Assembly (NCBI GenBank): GCA_040954595.2
Contig: CM082595.2
Location: forward strand, 4,077,943 to 4,141,942
DNA from: Balanoglossus misakiensis
Lineage: Eukaryota > Animalia > Hemichordata
DNA: 64,000 nt
Direction: 5' to 3'
The position numbers were made by a program, and so were the translations under genes. This document shows, piece after piece, positions 51,493-64,000 of the stretch; the stretch's first letter is position 1, and every line of letters starts with the position of its first letter. The notes below the pieces were generated by a model. It was not told where the DNA came from and did not search any database. It worked only from the letters and a program-made list of their open reading frames with translations.

Positions 51493-53679
51493 ATGGGCTG
51501 CTTTACATCCAAGGTGAGTACAGATTCTAAGTCATATTTCAAATCTGAATCTGATCTGTAACGATATCTCGCTCCGTTTTTTGTGCAACAAAAGTCGTAT
51601 TTCTTACTTCCCGTTTCTTCCCCTTTCACCAGAAGGGACATTTTTAGTTCCTGTGTTTGAAAATTACCACCTTGTTCATGTATTCAGTGACTGGATAAAG
51701 TAGGGGTCTTAAACACATTGGCGTTTAAGTATACATGTAGTCGGTGAGGTGTCGTATGCTCCAACATGTGAAAGATAAAATCAACTACATGTACAGTGTA
51801 AAGTATAACTTGTGTTGATTCTAGATTTTTTTATTTAAATTACAAAAAAGTTTCAGGCAAATTACATTACTTTCTGGTCTGCATTAATGGAAATACGCGA
51901 ACAACTCATTGATGTGGATCAGTTATTTACCAAATTGAACTAATAATAAGAAAGCTAAGCTTCGAGGATGTTCGCTGCTGGCGGGGTCGGTTGTACGGAA
52001 TGCGGATCTTGCAAGATGTTATCGGTGCCGACGACGAAATTTGAAATATATCTGTTATATGTTGTGATAATCGCCAGAGACCGGGCGATACTTTTTCTTA
52101 ATTAGTAACAAATCAGTCAAACAATTACATGGCATTATAAAAATCCTATTGAACTATCAGATCAATTAGGCTAAAACAAACATTCCAAGAATATTGCAAA
52201 TATATGTATTTGCTTGGATGAAATTGTCGTGTCATCGAAAAATTATATCACAGATGCAGATGTGCACGTCCATTCGACCGATTGCTTTTGAATTATTATT
52301 GTGTCCAGAATGTAGTCTTTTGAACTATGAACACGTCACAAGGAGAATTCTTCAATGGCTGAACAACGGGCTGTCCTTTGGGCAATGATCAGTTCTCCTT
52401 TCGATTGTATTGAATGCATTTAACGTACAAAGATTCGACGAACTACGAAAATAGAGTCTGAGTATGAAAACTTCCTCTTAAAGAGTGAGTGTCGTCCCGT
52501 CTGCGACTGCGTGTAAAGATCCAATACGACACAGTTGATATATTGTCAAAGTCGGCGCAAAGAGAAAGTGTTACAATGTATGTCATTGCAAACATTGTGG
52601 TTGTTACTTTGTATTACACTATAGGGTAACTGCTACAATGTACACCATTGCAAACATTGTGGTTGTTACTTTGTATTACACTATAGGGTAACTGCTACAA
52701 TGTACACCATTGCAAACATTGTGGTTGTTACTTTGTATTACACTGTAGTGTAACTGCTACAATGTACATCATTGCAAACATTGTGGTTGTTACTTTGTAT
52801 AACACTGTACACATCATGTAAGCAATTCATGTTTACTTTTTATCACATTTTATAAACCCTCTTCATCTATGTACAGACGGCGAAGGATGGGGACAATGAA
52901 CTTGAAGAACTAGACATTAAAAAAACTAAAGTTGAAGAGCTGGACACGCTTTTTGAAAATGCATCAGCCCCGTTGAATGAGGCAGTCGGGGTGAAGGAGA
53001 AGATTGACGAAGCATTGGCGGCGTTGAAAAAGTTGGCAGGCTTCACTGAAGATGATTCTCTGAAGGATATATTTCTCGGTCTCAAGGAGAGAATTCGTGA
53101 GTGAAAACTGTGTATGTGTGCGTGTGTGTAGATAGATATAGAGAGACAGACAGATAGATAGATAGATAGATAGATAGACAGATAGATCTATACCGGTTGA
53201 TTTTACAGACGTGTATGTCAGCGTCTATAGCCTCACATGATGTCATGGTTTCATCAGATCATGATTTTAAACATTTTTTGTCTTTTCCCCTCGAAGCAAA
53301 TCTAAGGCTGGAATTTGGTCCCGGGGACAAGTTCCAGCTGACGACCGGAACCGGATATGCGGAGGACATGGCCGACATCGCCGACAAACTGTGCGATGCC
53401 GTGTCCGCCATCAGCGAGCTCGTCAACCAGATCAAGAGTCTGGTGGAGACGGCGGTGGAATCAGCCGAGGGAATCATCGAGCAGGCGGAGCAGTTCGAGG
53501 AAACGGTGCAGAACGCCGATCTGAACCCGTTGCAGATCCCCAAGGCGCTGAAGAACACCCTGCACAACGTCACCGAATTCGGGAAGGTGGCGGACATCGT
53601 GAAGGCCTTCAAACAGATGATCGAAGACATGATTGCAGAAATAAAAGAAACCATAGAAGCGTTGGAAACAAAGAACTAA
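51493..53679 (+). CDS. Uncharacterised ~207-aa acidic alpha-helical protein with N-terminal MGC acylation motif
   Basis: Exons 51493-51513 (MGCFTSK|gtgagt), 52877-53096 (TAKDGDNELEELDIKKTKVEELDTLFENASAPLNEAV...) and 53297-53679 (...IKETIEALETKN*). Phases are consistent; total 624 nt; AATAAA near 54106. Confidence 0.8.
52571..52810. repeat. Intronic minisatellite, 62-bp unit x ~4
   Basis: cattgcaaacattgtggttgttactttgtattacac recurs at 52584, 52646, 52708 and 52770. Confidence 0.92.
53129..53190. repeat. (GATA/GACA)n microsatellite, intronic
   Basis: Visible tetranucleotide run. Confidence 0.9.
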
Positions 53680-54547
53680 TTTGAAACCATTGAGATTCTA
53701 TCCCGTTGGATAGTGGCTTTACTGTTTCATATCTGTTCTTCACAAAGATGCCCTGCATAGTTCAGTACATGTACTCATAGGCGTCTCCTACATTCCATCG
53801 CGCATGCCTGATGGCAGCACACGTACAAATCCTTAATCCTTTCCAATACATATTTTGTAAGTCACTTGCGTCTCCATGGATATCGTCATCATGACAACCA
53901 TGGTGTGAAGTTTGATTGTTTACTTCTCCTAAATTCAACCCGGAAATAATTTGATGACAATATTGTGCGTGTATAAAGAAATAATTTACACAACTCGTCG
54001 ATAGTGTAGAGGTAGCATTGCATTATGTAGGCTTTTATTTGGAAATTACTTGATTTTCCTGAAAATTGTGAATTTGCTGAATGTTTTAGTCATGTCATGA
54101 TTGAAATAAACTCAATTAGACACCTGTAATGTAGTTATGGTGCTCACTACGGTGAGTCACCTGATCAAACATCAGATGCGCCTTTCTTTCCATGGCTGTT
54201 ATTGGACAAAATATCGAGCGTTCTGATTGGTCAATACACTCATTTTATTGGCGCACGTGTTCTGGCTTTTGAACGCGAAGTGTTGCTATAAATAGTAGAG
54301 TACTTTTAAAAATTGTCAACAGCATGCATTTCCAAAGCCTGGGAAATTATTCTCTCAACTTCGGCCCAAGAAAGTGACGTCGTTCATAATTTCGCCCTCA
54401 ATGGCAGTAAATGGAATGTTCACTTATTTAAATTATGTAAATATTTCTGATCACATGCTCCCAATCCCGGACCTTCTTTTCTAACGAAGATCCGACAAAC
54501 GACCGAATCGTTCAGTCCAAAACAATCCGCCGTCAATAGGAATATGG

Positions 54548-57500
54548 CTATTGGACAGAGCAGCCCGACCCTAATTGTTTATTGGCTCTTGTTCTCAGTC
54601 TTTTGAGTTCGTTGTGCTTCTCATCAATTCTCAGTCCGAAATCGCAAATCGTCAGGGCTTCTGGGAACTTTCTCTTGTCGTAGGTGTGCCGCGCGTAGCC
54701 GAGGAAGACCCGGGCGAGATTCGCCCTCCCCGGCCGGGAAGTGATGAGGCCGAGGGCCACCGAAGAGTTGATGTCCAGGGCCCGGATGTAGTCGTTGCAC
54801 GCGCGGTGCTCCCTCTCGTGCAGCAGATACACGTGACCCCGGGCGCAGAAGTCGCTGGCCAGGGGCGCGCTTTTCTCCAGCTTGAGAACTTCTGTCAGAT
54901 CCGTCTCGGCCCTGTCGTACTTCTCTAGCCGGGTGAGACACTTGGCTCGCTTTCGGAGGAGGTCCGCCCGCTCGCCGTCACTCGCCATCACCGCCAGGCT
55001 GTAGAAATTCAGCGCTTCGCGGTGTTTGCTGTGATTGGTCAGGGATTCGGCCTGGTCAGATGCATGCTGGAATATAAATGAGATGAAATGAGATGCTTAT
55101 GCGTAAGACACGAAATAAAATAGACCATTTTCTGAGCTTCACGAGATCCTGACAGATCCCGTGTGGCTGGGCAGTTTATATGGAAGGACATTCTCATATG
55201 ACACGTGACAAAAACATGGCCAACTTTGAAAGATTACATCCGTCATCTTTCATTGTTTGCCAACAACATGCTAAACGTGTGTATGTGTATTCGCATTTCA
55301 AATCGATAATGGTGGTTATGGAGGCATTTTACCATGTAATTTGTCAGCCATTTTCTTACCTTGACAAGGTCATCCCTCTGTTCCACGTCCAGAACTTTTA
55401 ACACAAAATGTAGTCCCCGCAGGTCATCCTCGGCCAGTTTACCCAGATGTAGGGCGGCAAATGTCATGTTACCCAGTTTGGTGTGTATCAATGCGCACCT
55501 GGCTATGGCCGTGGGGTCCTTAGGAGAAATGTCTGTGACGCGGTTCAAGTGAGTCAACGCCGCGCTGTAATTACCTGAAGGGGAAATTTGACGGACAAAT
55601 TTGGTAAGTTTCGCCCGATATAACATCAGCACTGGCAGAAGATTGTGTGTGCAGAGTGTAAAACCCACTGACTTTCAAGGTCAAAATAAGATGTTCGTTG
55701 AATGTTGGGTTAGAAATTACTGTTTCAATTATGAATATTTCTTCACCTTCAACAATGAGGGTGTCCGCATACAAACTATGCCAGGTGGAATTGTCCTCGT
55801 CAAGTGCCACCAACAACTGTCCAATCAGCTTCGCATACGCAGCCATGTGAACGTTGTAGCGAGACACGCCCTGGGATAGCAGCTCGACGGCGTGCATGTG
55901 CAGCCAGTAGATGACGAGCAGGCGTGGTTGCTGTGGCAACGACGCGATGTGGTTCTTGGTCTCCTTGAAGTTGGTTGAAAGCGCGAGTATGTAGTCGGAT
56001 ACTGATTCCTGGAAACAAATAAACACATTTTAATGATTTGTTGCGAGTTTGGCAACAGGGTACAGGTGTTTGCCATGATAAAGTAAATTTTGTAAATATG
56101 CGCAGGGCTAAGAAACCATAAATACCTTTCGGTGGTTCAGCGTGAGATGCATACACGCCCTGCCGCAGAGGGCCTCCACGACATCCGGGTCACTGTTCAG
56201 CACGGTGGTAAAATCGGTGATGGCCGCCAACTGGTTTCCCAGGTGAGCGTGGCATTCTGCGCGGGCCAGCAACGACTTTGATGCTTTAACCCCTGCAATA
56301 AATGAAAAAAAAAACATGCATGAAAATTTCTTCCGTCTTAGAAAAAATACTGTCTTACACGTGACCGTGCATGATTGTCGTAAAAGTCAGCCATACGCGG
56401 GCCTAACATGGTCATTGTGCCAACAGTGTTCGCCTGTTGCATCGTGGACAGTGGAAGAACTTCTAATTGTCTATGCCTGTACTTATGGAGACAGTAGTAC
56501 CACAGACCCGCAGTTGCCCCCATGGCTCACGGACAGGGATTTTTGCATGCGAAGAACATGACATTATTGGCCTGAATATTGTTCATCGCCGTGGCCAATT
56601 AACGAGCGGACGTCGATTCTTTTTGACGAGCCAACTCTACTGGTGGATACACCATATGGCATAAAACACGTCTCCCTGTAACTGAACGGATTGTTCGCCC
56701 GAATATGTATTTTTACACTCCCCTATTACCTCCGTGGTATGGTGGCAAGTGTGATTGGACAAGTCATTGAAATATGGGTAATTATCCCACCCGCAAGTGG
56801 ATGAGTCAGGAAATTATCAGAAAAACGTAGTGGTCGAAACTAGTCTGTTTTGCCATAGACAGTACTGTCTATGGTTTTGCTACGGTCCCTCGTGGTTTTG
56901 CCCACGCTTTTAGTTTTGTATGGAATTCTTGAAGGGTAGCAGAATATTAGCGCGGTTTTATTCTTTTGACAGGAAGACAATTTTCGCTGTTGGTGACCGT
57001 CACACTCATCCAGTCAAGTCGACCAGGGAGGTCGCAGAGTCACATTTTTGTGCCAGAAACCCAACCGCGCTACTAAAAAGGACGGTCACAAAGAGAGAAA
57101 TGGTATTAATCTCTCACCTGTTGCTGCTATGGAAACCGTAAAGCAGTCAATAGCGTCCCTGATTGTCTGCGCGGTTCTCTCGCCTTCCTTCAGCAACTGC
57201 ACAGCGTAGCGGTGGGCCTCCTCCTGGACGGCTACGCGGTCGCCGAAGTCAATCTCGGCGAAGGCGGTGGCCAGTCCCGTCGGGCCGCGGAGACGCAGCA
57301 CATCCAGGTAGTCCTGCACGATAGAATGAATGTGCGTTATCGGCTTCCGTTTGCTGAGCACCGCCAAGATTTTACCGATGCACGTGGTACAGGAGCAGAG
57401 GTTTGAAATGGGGATAGGACGGAAAGTGAGGGCCATGTTATCGAAAAGCTCAAGACAGGGCGATTGTCAGCCGTCGCCCGGAGTTTTGGTTTCTCGGTCA

Positions 57501-60500
57501 CAATCCCCCACCGTCTGTACAGCACTGTGTCAAAGCGGGCTCGTGCATAACCGGATATGTACCATGTTTTCTGAAAACACATTTGCATAAAGCACAGGCA
57601 ACTTGTCAGTTTAGCGAATAATAAATAAGGATACTGGCTGACTTTTGTAAGAGGTGTCAATGACGTTTATCACTCCACTCAATAGCTGGTGTTTCCACGT
57701 GGTGTCCCCCAGCAAATCGTAAACAAATCATTTCTTTCAGTGTATTGCTATGATATCACTGAGGTAGCTTCGCTGTTGGACACACACAAAGACATACCCC
57801 TGACTGGTGGGTAGGGAGGGAGGGCAACTTTCTCTTTTGTTTTTTTACAATGGGGCGGTAAGATGCCCGGCGCCGCCCTGTGCCTGCGTGGATCGGAAGA
57901 TGACCACCTGTTGATGTGGATAGTAAGGGTTTTAACAGTAGGAGCGCTGTGTGTCTGTGTTTCAACTTGGCCCCTACTCTAAACCCCTGTCTATACTCAA
58001 AAGTAGGTGGACCATTAGACCATTAGACTTTTTACGTCCATGATTAGACTAGCCCACTAGTCGCTTGGGGATTTTTAAATCTCAATACTTTTTGTGTTTT
58101 CGGTGTTTTTTTGTCTTAATAAATAATTGCAATACTTTTTGCTTGCATGCTTGCCTTGAGCGTGTTTTTGGTAGTGAGGCGAGTTTCGAATTTGGGACTG
58201 AGCTTGTGGTTTCGGGTAGCGGGCCTGCGCGTTCCCTACACATCATGAAGCCCATAGACTTGGAGCAAGTCTAGCACGGTCCCTACTCCAAGCCCCTGTC
58301 TATACTCAAAAGTAGGCGGACCATGGAAATATGTCCATGGTCTCGCTTATACTTCCATGGTTGGACAGACTCCGCCTCCCACTGTTCAAAACGCCCTCTG
58401 CTGTTTACTTCAATGTGAGGACGACGCTTTGTCTTTTTGCAATTCCTTCTTGTGCCAATGGCGATTCACAAAGTCTCGCGAGATCCCGCAATGCGCGGAA
58501 AATCATCTATCCATATACAACAAGTGGCAATTCGTGTACTTACTGTGACAGCTTGTTTCGACTTTCCGAGTTTCATTCTCAGAGTGGACAGGTGCACCAG
58601 AGCGATTTCGTTGTCTGGATGTTGCTCGGTGAACTCGACCAATTCTCGTTCCGCCTCGTCGTGACGCTTCAGCTGCCGGAGCGCGTCAACTTTCAGCAGG
58701 CGAGCATTGACGTCACCGTGATCGACTAACTTCAAGAACTCGGCGACGTCCAGTGCAGTTTCTACGATTCTGGAAATGTCACGGAAGGTGTTACTAGTAA
58801 CTCAAGTATCTGTGGTCTTATTAGGGGTCATATTGAAGTGCGTACGTGTACAGTCGAACCTGTCTATAGTGGCCAGTCAAGGGACTTTCTTAAACTGGCC
58901 TTTATAGATGTGTGGCCTTTATAGACAGGTCAATTAATGTACATGGGGACTGTAACAAAGTGGCCACTATATAGAGGTGGCCACTAACAGATGTTTGACT
59001 GTATATAATATACATTATTTCACTTACTTGCTTGCCTCATCTTTCTGTCTCGATTTCCTTTCTCCCTGTTGCGTCACTGGCTTCCGTAGCGCCTTCTCCA
59101 ATAACTTGTCTCCCTCTCGCCGCAGCAGATACTGCAACTTCCGTTGCTGGGAGACGGGAATGTCTGTGGCGTACTCCACGCTGTCCGTCAAATTGATGGC
59201 GATCGCTTTCATGTAGTCTTTGACGGCGCGATTCGAATCCTGGATGGTCAGATTTGCGTACCCTCGCCCGCAGAGCGCCTGCACGTTGTTCGGGAATTTC
59301 TGTACGGCTCTCACCAGATCTTCGAAGCCCCTGGCGGTCTCGCCGCGGTGGTAGTGGCACATCCCCCGGGCGCAGAGCGTCGGACAGTCGTGGTCTGACT
59401 CCAGGAGGTTGCTGTACCATTGAACGGCTTCGGCGTGGTTCCCGCTCAAGCACAGGCACTCCGCGCAGCCAAACGTCGCCTGCTTGTGCTTCGGAACCAA
59501 AACCAGAACCAACGTGTAGTACTGCATCGCCTGCTTGATGAAGCTGCTTTTGTTTTCTTGAGTCTTTCCGCCGAGGGCACTGCTCTTGGATTCCCGCTTG
59601 AACAGGGTTACCCTCTTTGCTGCCATTTCGAGCGCTGTTGTCACGATGGCCGTCCTAGAAGTTTTCCTCATATTTTTAAGGATCAGCGACTTCGAAATCG
59701 TCTTGTCGGTGTTTACAGCCGTGGTGAGATCTTTGACGGCGAGCTCGGTGACCTGCAGCCCGATATGACACTCACTGCGTAACACAAGAAGCTCGATAAT
59801 TGTCGTTTTATTCGAGGGGTTAGATTTCGCGCTCAAGAACTGAAGAGCTTTGGTCAATACATTGACGGCGTCCGGAAGCTTTCCTTGTTCTTTTAAATGG
59901 TTTGCCAGTGCTTGTAGGTGTTTGGTATCGCCTGGTTTGAAGACAAGAACAAACTTCAGGCAGTCGACGACCAGGCTTCGCCATTGTTCCCGTGCTTTTT
60001 GGACGCCCTGCGCCTGCTCCGGTGGATCCGAAGTCGCGCATTTTCGGAAAAGTTCCAAAATCTTCGGCAAGTGTGCTTCCTGGTGTTGATGTATGTAAGA
60101 CTCTGTCTCGCTGGGGTCTTCGAGAAATGCTTTCAGATAATTGGAGACAACGTGTTTTTCTTGTTTCCCCAGAAGAAAGTGGGCAAGCCCGCGTTGTAAC
60201 ATGATGTGAGTTGGTTTTGTGGAGTCCTTCTCGAGTAGTTCCTCACACCTGGTGATAACCTCTTCATATTTCTTCTCACGAAACATGATCTCGATTTGTG
60301 TTGTGTTTGCCGGTCCATTAGAGGGCGCAACAGCCAGCAGGAACTCGCATATCTGATCACAAGATAGCTCCACGCCATTCTTTAAGCGCGCCCTCTCAGC
60401 CTCGCTCGTCAATCGGCACATATCCTCTAGAATCGCAACGACGGCGTCGAGCGATTCCTTCGCGATGGTTTTCAGGTGCCCGACGGCGCATATCGGGTCT

Positions 60501-63299
60501 GCCGAGTAAGCCCGACAGTAGGCCGAAGCGGCAGGTTCAAGGCGATCTTCCAGCCGTTCCACGTCGCCTTCGATACACCTGGCTTCCGCCATATCCCGAG
60601 CTGCGCATGCGGAGATGTGACTGTTGTCGCTGCGCGGTATCCCTGTCTGTCGCCCGTCTTTTCCGCACTCAACTCCGCTATGGACCCCGGCCATTCTGTT
60701 TGAATCACGCGGCTTATATCGCGTCAGCGTCACCTCAATCGCAGCGTACTTTCTCCGGTTAAAACTCGTCGACTTCGCGAAAACCGCCCCGAGAGTTGTC
60801 GCTTTGGCCCCGGCACGGAGGCAAATATCCAGTTTCCTGTTCGCCAGTTGAATTTCAGTGACGCAGGTGTTTGTCAGGGCGAACGCCTTCAACGCTTGTC
60901 CCAGGACGTTCTCAACCGTCAAAGTCCGGTGGATTCGCAACTTGCGAGAACGGCATCCTTCTGCTGTCTTCTGGACAACGATGAGATAATCCGGACCTGA
61001 AATAAGCGGATATAACTTAAACTAAATTAATCCAAAAATCGCACAGAAAGGAAATCTTTTCAACCCACAACAGAACCGATGCGAACCCGATTCGCGCCAG
61101 TAACTTCTCTCAACTAAAGGGCTACGTTGTCGTGGCACCAAACACTGCCCGAGTCATTTTCTATAGTATAGCATTACACCATTGTTTTGTACCCAGAACA
61201 GGGGACTCCGACTGACGTGAGAACCTGCTATAGTCTGAGCCAATTTTGAGTACACCATAAGTTGTTTTGCATTACTTTGGATGGGAACAGTTTAGAGTAA
61301 GGTGTAATCCAACTTCTCTTTTAACGAAACTGAATAAAGAAAACCTTTAATGACTGTGTTTTGCTGAAATATTTTGGCCTAGCTAGTAACACCAGCTGTT
61401 TGTGTTCACATTCACATTTGACGGGACAACAAAATACATGTACATGTATTACTGATTAACTGACTGACTGACTGACTCATTAACGCCCTAGTTCTCCCGC
61501 ATCGTCTCCTCCGTTGTCTTGACAGAACCCGTCCGCTGTACCGTCGAGGAGACATGGCGTTTATACACACGCACACGGCATGACCAGTCTAGCCTTCGCA
61601 CCCCCTGCTGACAGATCGCTATCACCAAACGATACGTCACGGTGTTCGACTCCCAATCGACATGATTTGTGTCTGTTTTCGTACCTTTGTGTACAGTTTA
61701 CTTAAGGCGTTGTGGACACCGCGCTGCGAGACGCTATAGAATGCCACCGTGGTAACCTAAGCCAGTAAAGTGGGACTGTGGGTCACTTCAATGTTGAGCG
61801 AGTACAGGCCTCGCACCAGACTCTTAATTTCAAATAGTTGCACTGCAACGGAGTCAACACTACTCTAAACATTAGTCCGCAGTTGCATGTAGTCACCAAG
61901 CGTTTTTACTGTTTTAAGTGGCACATTCCATAAACTTGAATTTCCATTTTTAATCAATAAGTTTCCCCTTTTGGTTTTGCTTCTAACTCACAGAGACTTT
62001 GTGACTTTGTTAAGTGCACATCAAAGGGGGAAATTCAAAAGTCTGTCATTTTTGTCTCACCGTCTACAAATTAATCGATAGCAGGAAAACAAACACACGC
62101 ACGCATACATACACACACATGCATGCATGCATGCACGCACGCACGCGTACATGCATACTCACTCCACATACGAATGTTGGTCATCTGGCCCATCTGAAAG
62201 AAATCTCTTGTAATGGTGACTGACGATATAATAGAAGCAAAAGTACTCTGTACAGGTAATGCAACACCCATTAACAGCTCCAGCACGTGTACAATGTGAT
62301 GACCGATATATAGTAGTAAAACGGCGAGAAAAGAGGACGATTGAAATGTTACACTTAAAGAACAGGGTAATTCTGTCCGCAACACGAAGTCTCGAAATAG
62401 GCGGAATCGCGCGACATTTTCCCCGACAAGAAGTTGCGGTCAGATGGTGTAAAAAGTAACTTTTACACGACTTCAGTAAACTAACATAAATATTTTTGAC
62501 CTACAGCACCAAAAGAGTACAACGGGATTCAAAATTTTCCTTGTTGTCATTTTTCGGTGCAGATCTTGTTGGAAATCTCCATCTTAGTGTTTGCATACTT
62601 ACAGTTATTTGGCTGTGCTGACATGGTTGTCTTATTCCGTGGTGTTTCAAGCTGAAATCTGGCAATGTAAAGAACAGAGGCATTCATTTGGTGATAATCA
62701 GAAATGATCATAGATAGTCATGATCAGTCATCGAATTAATTAATTTAATTTGTTTATATAGTCTGATCACAAAATATAGCACCTTTTGTTTTGAAGAAAT
62801 AATTTGGACCAACTAGATGGTGCGTGAAACAGTTAAGATTGGCTGGGGTTCAAATTTTGTAATTTCAACACGATTTTCCCTGCATAATTTCTCCCATGTA
62901 GGTTTTCCTGGACAAATGCAACTTTAAGTGACACGCGTTTTCTTGTTTTGTGACATCGGAATCGTGATGTACTACATTCGGTGCACCAGTCCTGTAATAT
63001 TATTATTCAATTAATACTGCGAACTCTTCTCACCGATTTAAGATCTTCCAGTTCTCTTTAAAGAGATCTTCGAATTTCTTCCTTCGAAGCAAGATGCGCT
63101 GCTTTGCCTCTTCGACTCGGATCGCAGATTCGCGATGCAATTCTTTACGTCCAGCGAGTTCTCTTTCTTTGGGCGATTTTTCCGCGGAGGTGCGTGTCGT
63201 GTACGGCTTTCCGACGCCGCCACGCAAACGGCCGACGGTTTGGCGGTCGCCTGCGTTCTGGAGACCCGGAGAGGCCTGTTGTTGCCCGCTGTTAGGCAT
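54548..63299 (-). CDS. TTC34: Large tetratricopeptide-repeat protein, TTC34-like, with C-terminal CaaX (CSVQ)
   Basis: TPR-type helices (LCARGMCHY, ALCGRGYANL, LLARAECHA, ALCGRACMHL, DFCARGHVYL). Exons at about 63299-63034, 62651-62603, 62193-62172, 60996-59028, 58769-58543, 57308-57118, 56292-56127, 56008-55747, 55574-55360, 55066-54548. The 5' three exons are inferred from phase compatibility only, and the TTC34 name is by recalled resemblance. Confidence 0.72.
56847..56880. mobile_element. Probable DNA-transposon footprint: 20-bp palindrome flanked by a 7-bp direct repeat
   Basis: GTTTTGC-CATAGACAGTACTGTCTATG-GTTTTGC. Confidence 0.65.
58851..59001. mobile_element. ~150-bp MITE, Tc1-mariner/pogo type, in a TPR-gene intron
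   Basis: TA|CAGTCGAACCTGTCTATAGTGGCCA ... TGGCCACTAACAGATGTTTGACTG|TA: imperfect ~25-bp TIRs, TA target duplication, and internal tggcctttataga subrepeats. Confidence 0.8.
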
Positions 63300-64000
63300 C
63301 GTGCGTTCCCCGCACCCTGCAAATGATGGACGCTGATAACAGGTGGAATATCGCCACGTAAAGTGAACGCTAATTGCGATCCCGGGCAGACAGGAGACGT
63401 CTGAGCTGTCAGGAAGCGGTGTGAGGGTATTAGCAATGCATGCGTGCACGTCATAGATGAAATACCGCTCTGGGCTGTGACGTAGACATGGTGTTATTAT
63501 GGGGCGATTTCAATTAAAACCCCAGGAAGCAACTGTCCCTATGATATACCGCAGGAACTAGTGAAAATGACGACGCGATATTAACTTGTAAAAATAGGAT
63601 ACACCAAATGAAGTTAGCACAAAAATAGCTCTAACAAATTTTCGGTTAAAAGATAACTATTCTCGTTTAAAAATATCACCTCTACAGCAGAGTCGCAGTG
63701 ACTGGAAAATCTGCCGACACAGCAGGACACCTATTGACACTAATTGACCCGGAACAGCCGGGCTGTCAATCAACCACCGACGTGAAACGCGCTCTGAGCA
63801 GTTGCCATGGATCTGTCGAGTCTTACACGAACGTGTCTTGAAACACCGAGGCGACAGATCAGCTGTGCGGAGCGCTTGCGTCCAACACGGTGGCAAGAAA
63901 GCGGTGGTAGAAAATCATTTTTGGGGGGACAAAAGTAGGTAGTTTCTTGTCCTTAAATAAATTCTCGTGTGTCAATTAACGAATCCACGAGTCCACACAA

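Noticed and set aside
52571-52810. 62-bp repeat as CRISPR or structured RNA array
   Set aside because: Head-to-tail minisatellite with no variable spacers, inside an intron.
59037-60851. Many overlapping ORFs within the large TPR exon
   Set aside because: Alternative-frame and antisense shadows of GC-rich coding sequence.

Overview
Intron-rich, AT-rich animal genomic DNA, probably a marine invertebrate deuterostome such as a hemichordate (inferred from gene content and repeats, not proven). Nine protein-coding genes were reconstructed by hand from GT-AG splice sites and exon phases: (1) the 3' part of a Thr-rich transmembrane mucin with two tandem-repeat arrays and a SEA-like domain; (2) a secreted 3xWSC-like + Pro-linker + F-type lectin protein; (3) a 16-exon minus-strand gene joining helical ARM-like repeats, a Neuralized (NHR) domain and a cGAS-like/Mab-21 nucleotidyltransferase (cGLR) with intact catalytic acids, but with an apparent 1-nt frameshift in exon 7; (4-6) three phospholipid scramblase paralogs, which flank (7) a choline-transporter-like SLC44 gene; (8) a small acidic helical protein with an MGC acylation motif on a 21-nt first coding exon; (9) a TTC34-like TPR protein with a CaaX end. 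Also present: MITE-like elements, a likely transposon footprint, mini- and microsatellites and CTCF-like motifs. The most striking item is the ARM-NHR-cGLR fusion in a mucin/lectin/scramblase neighbourhood. Most short ORFs in the track are shadow ORFs or exon fragments.
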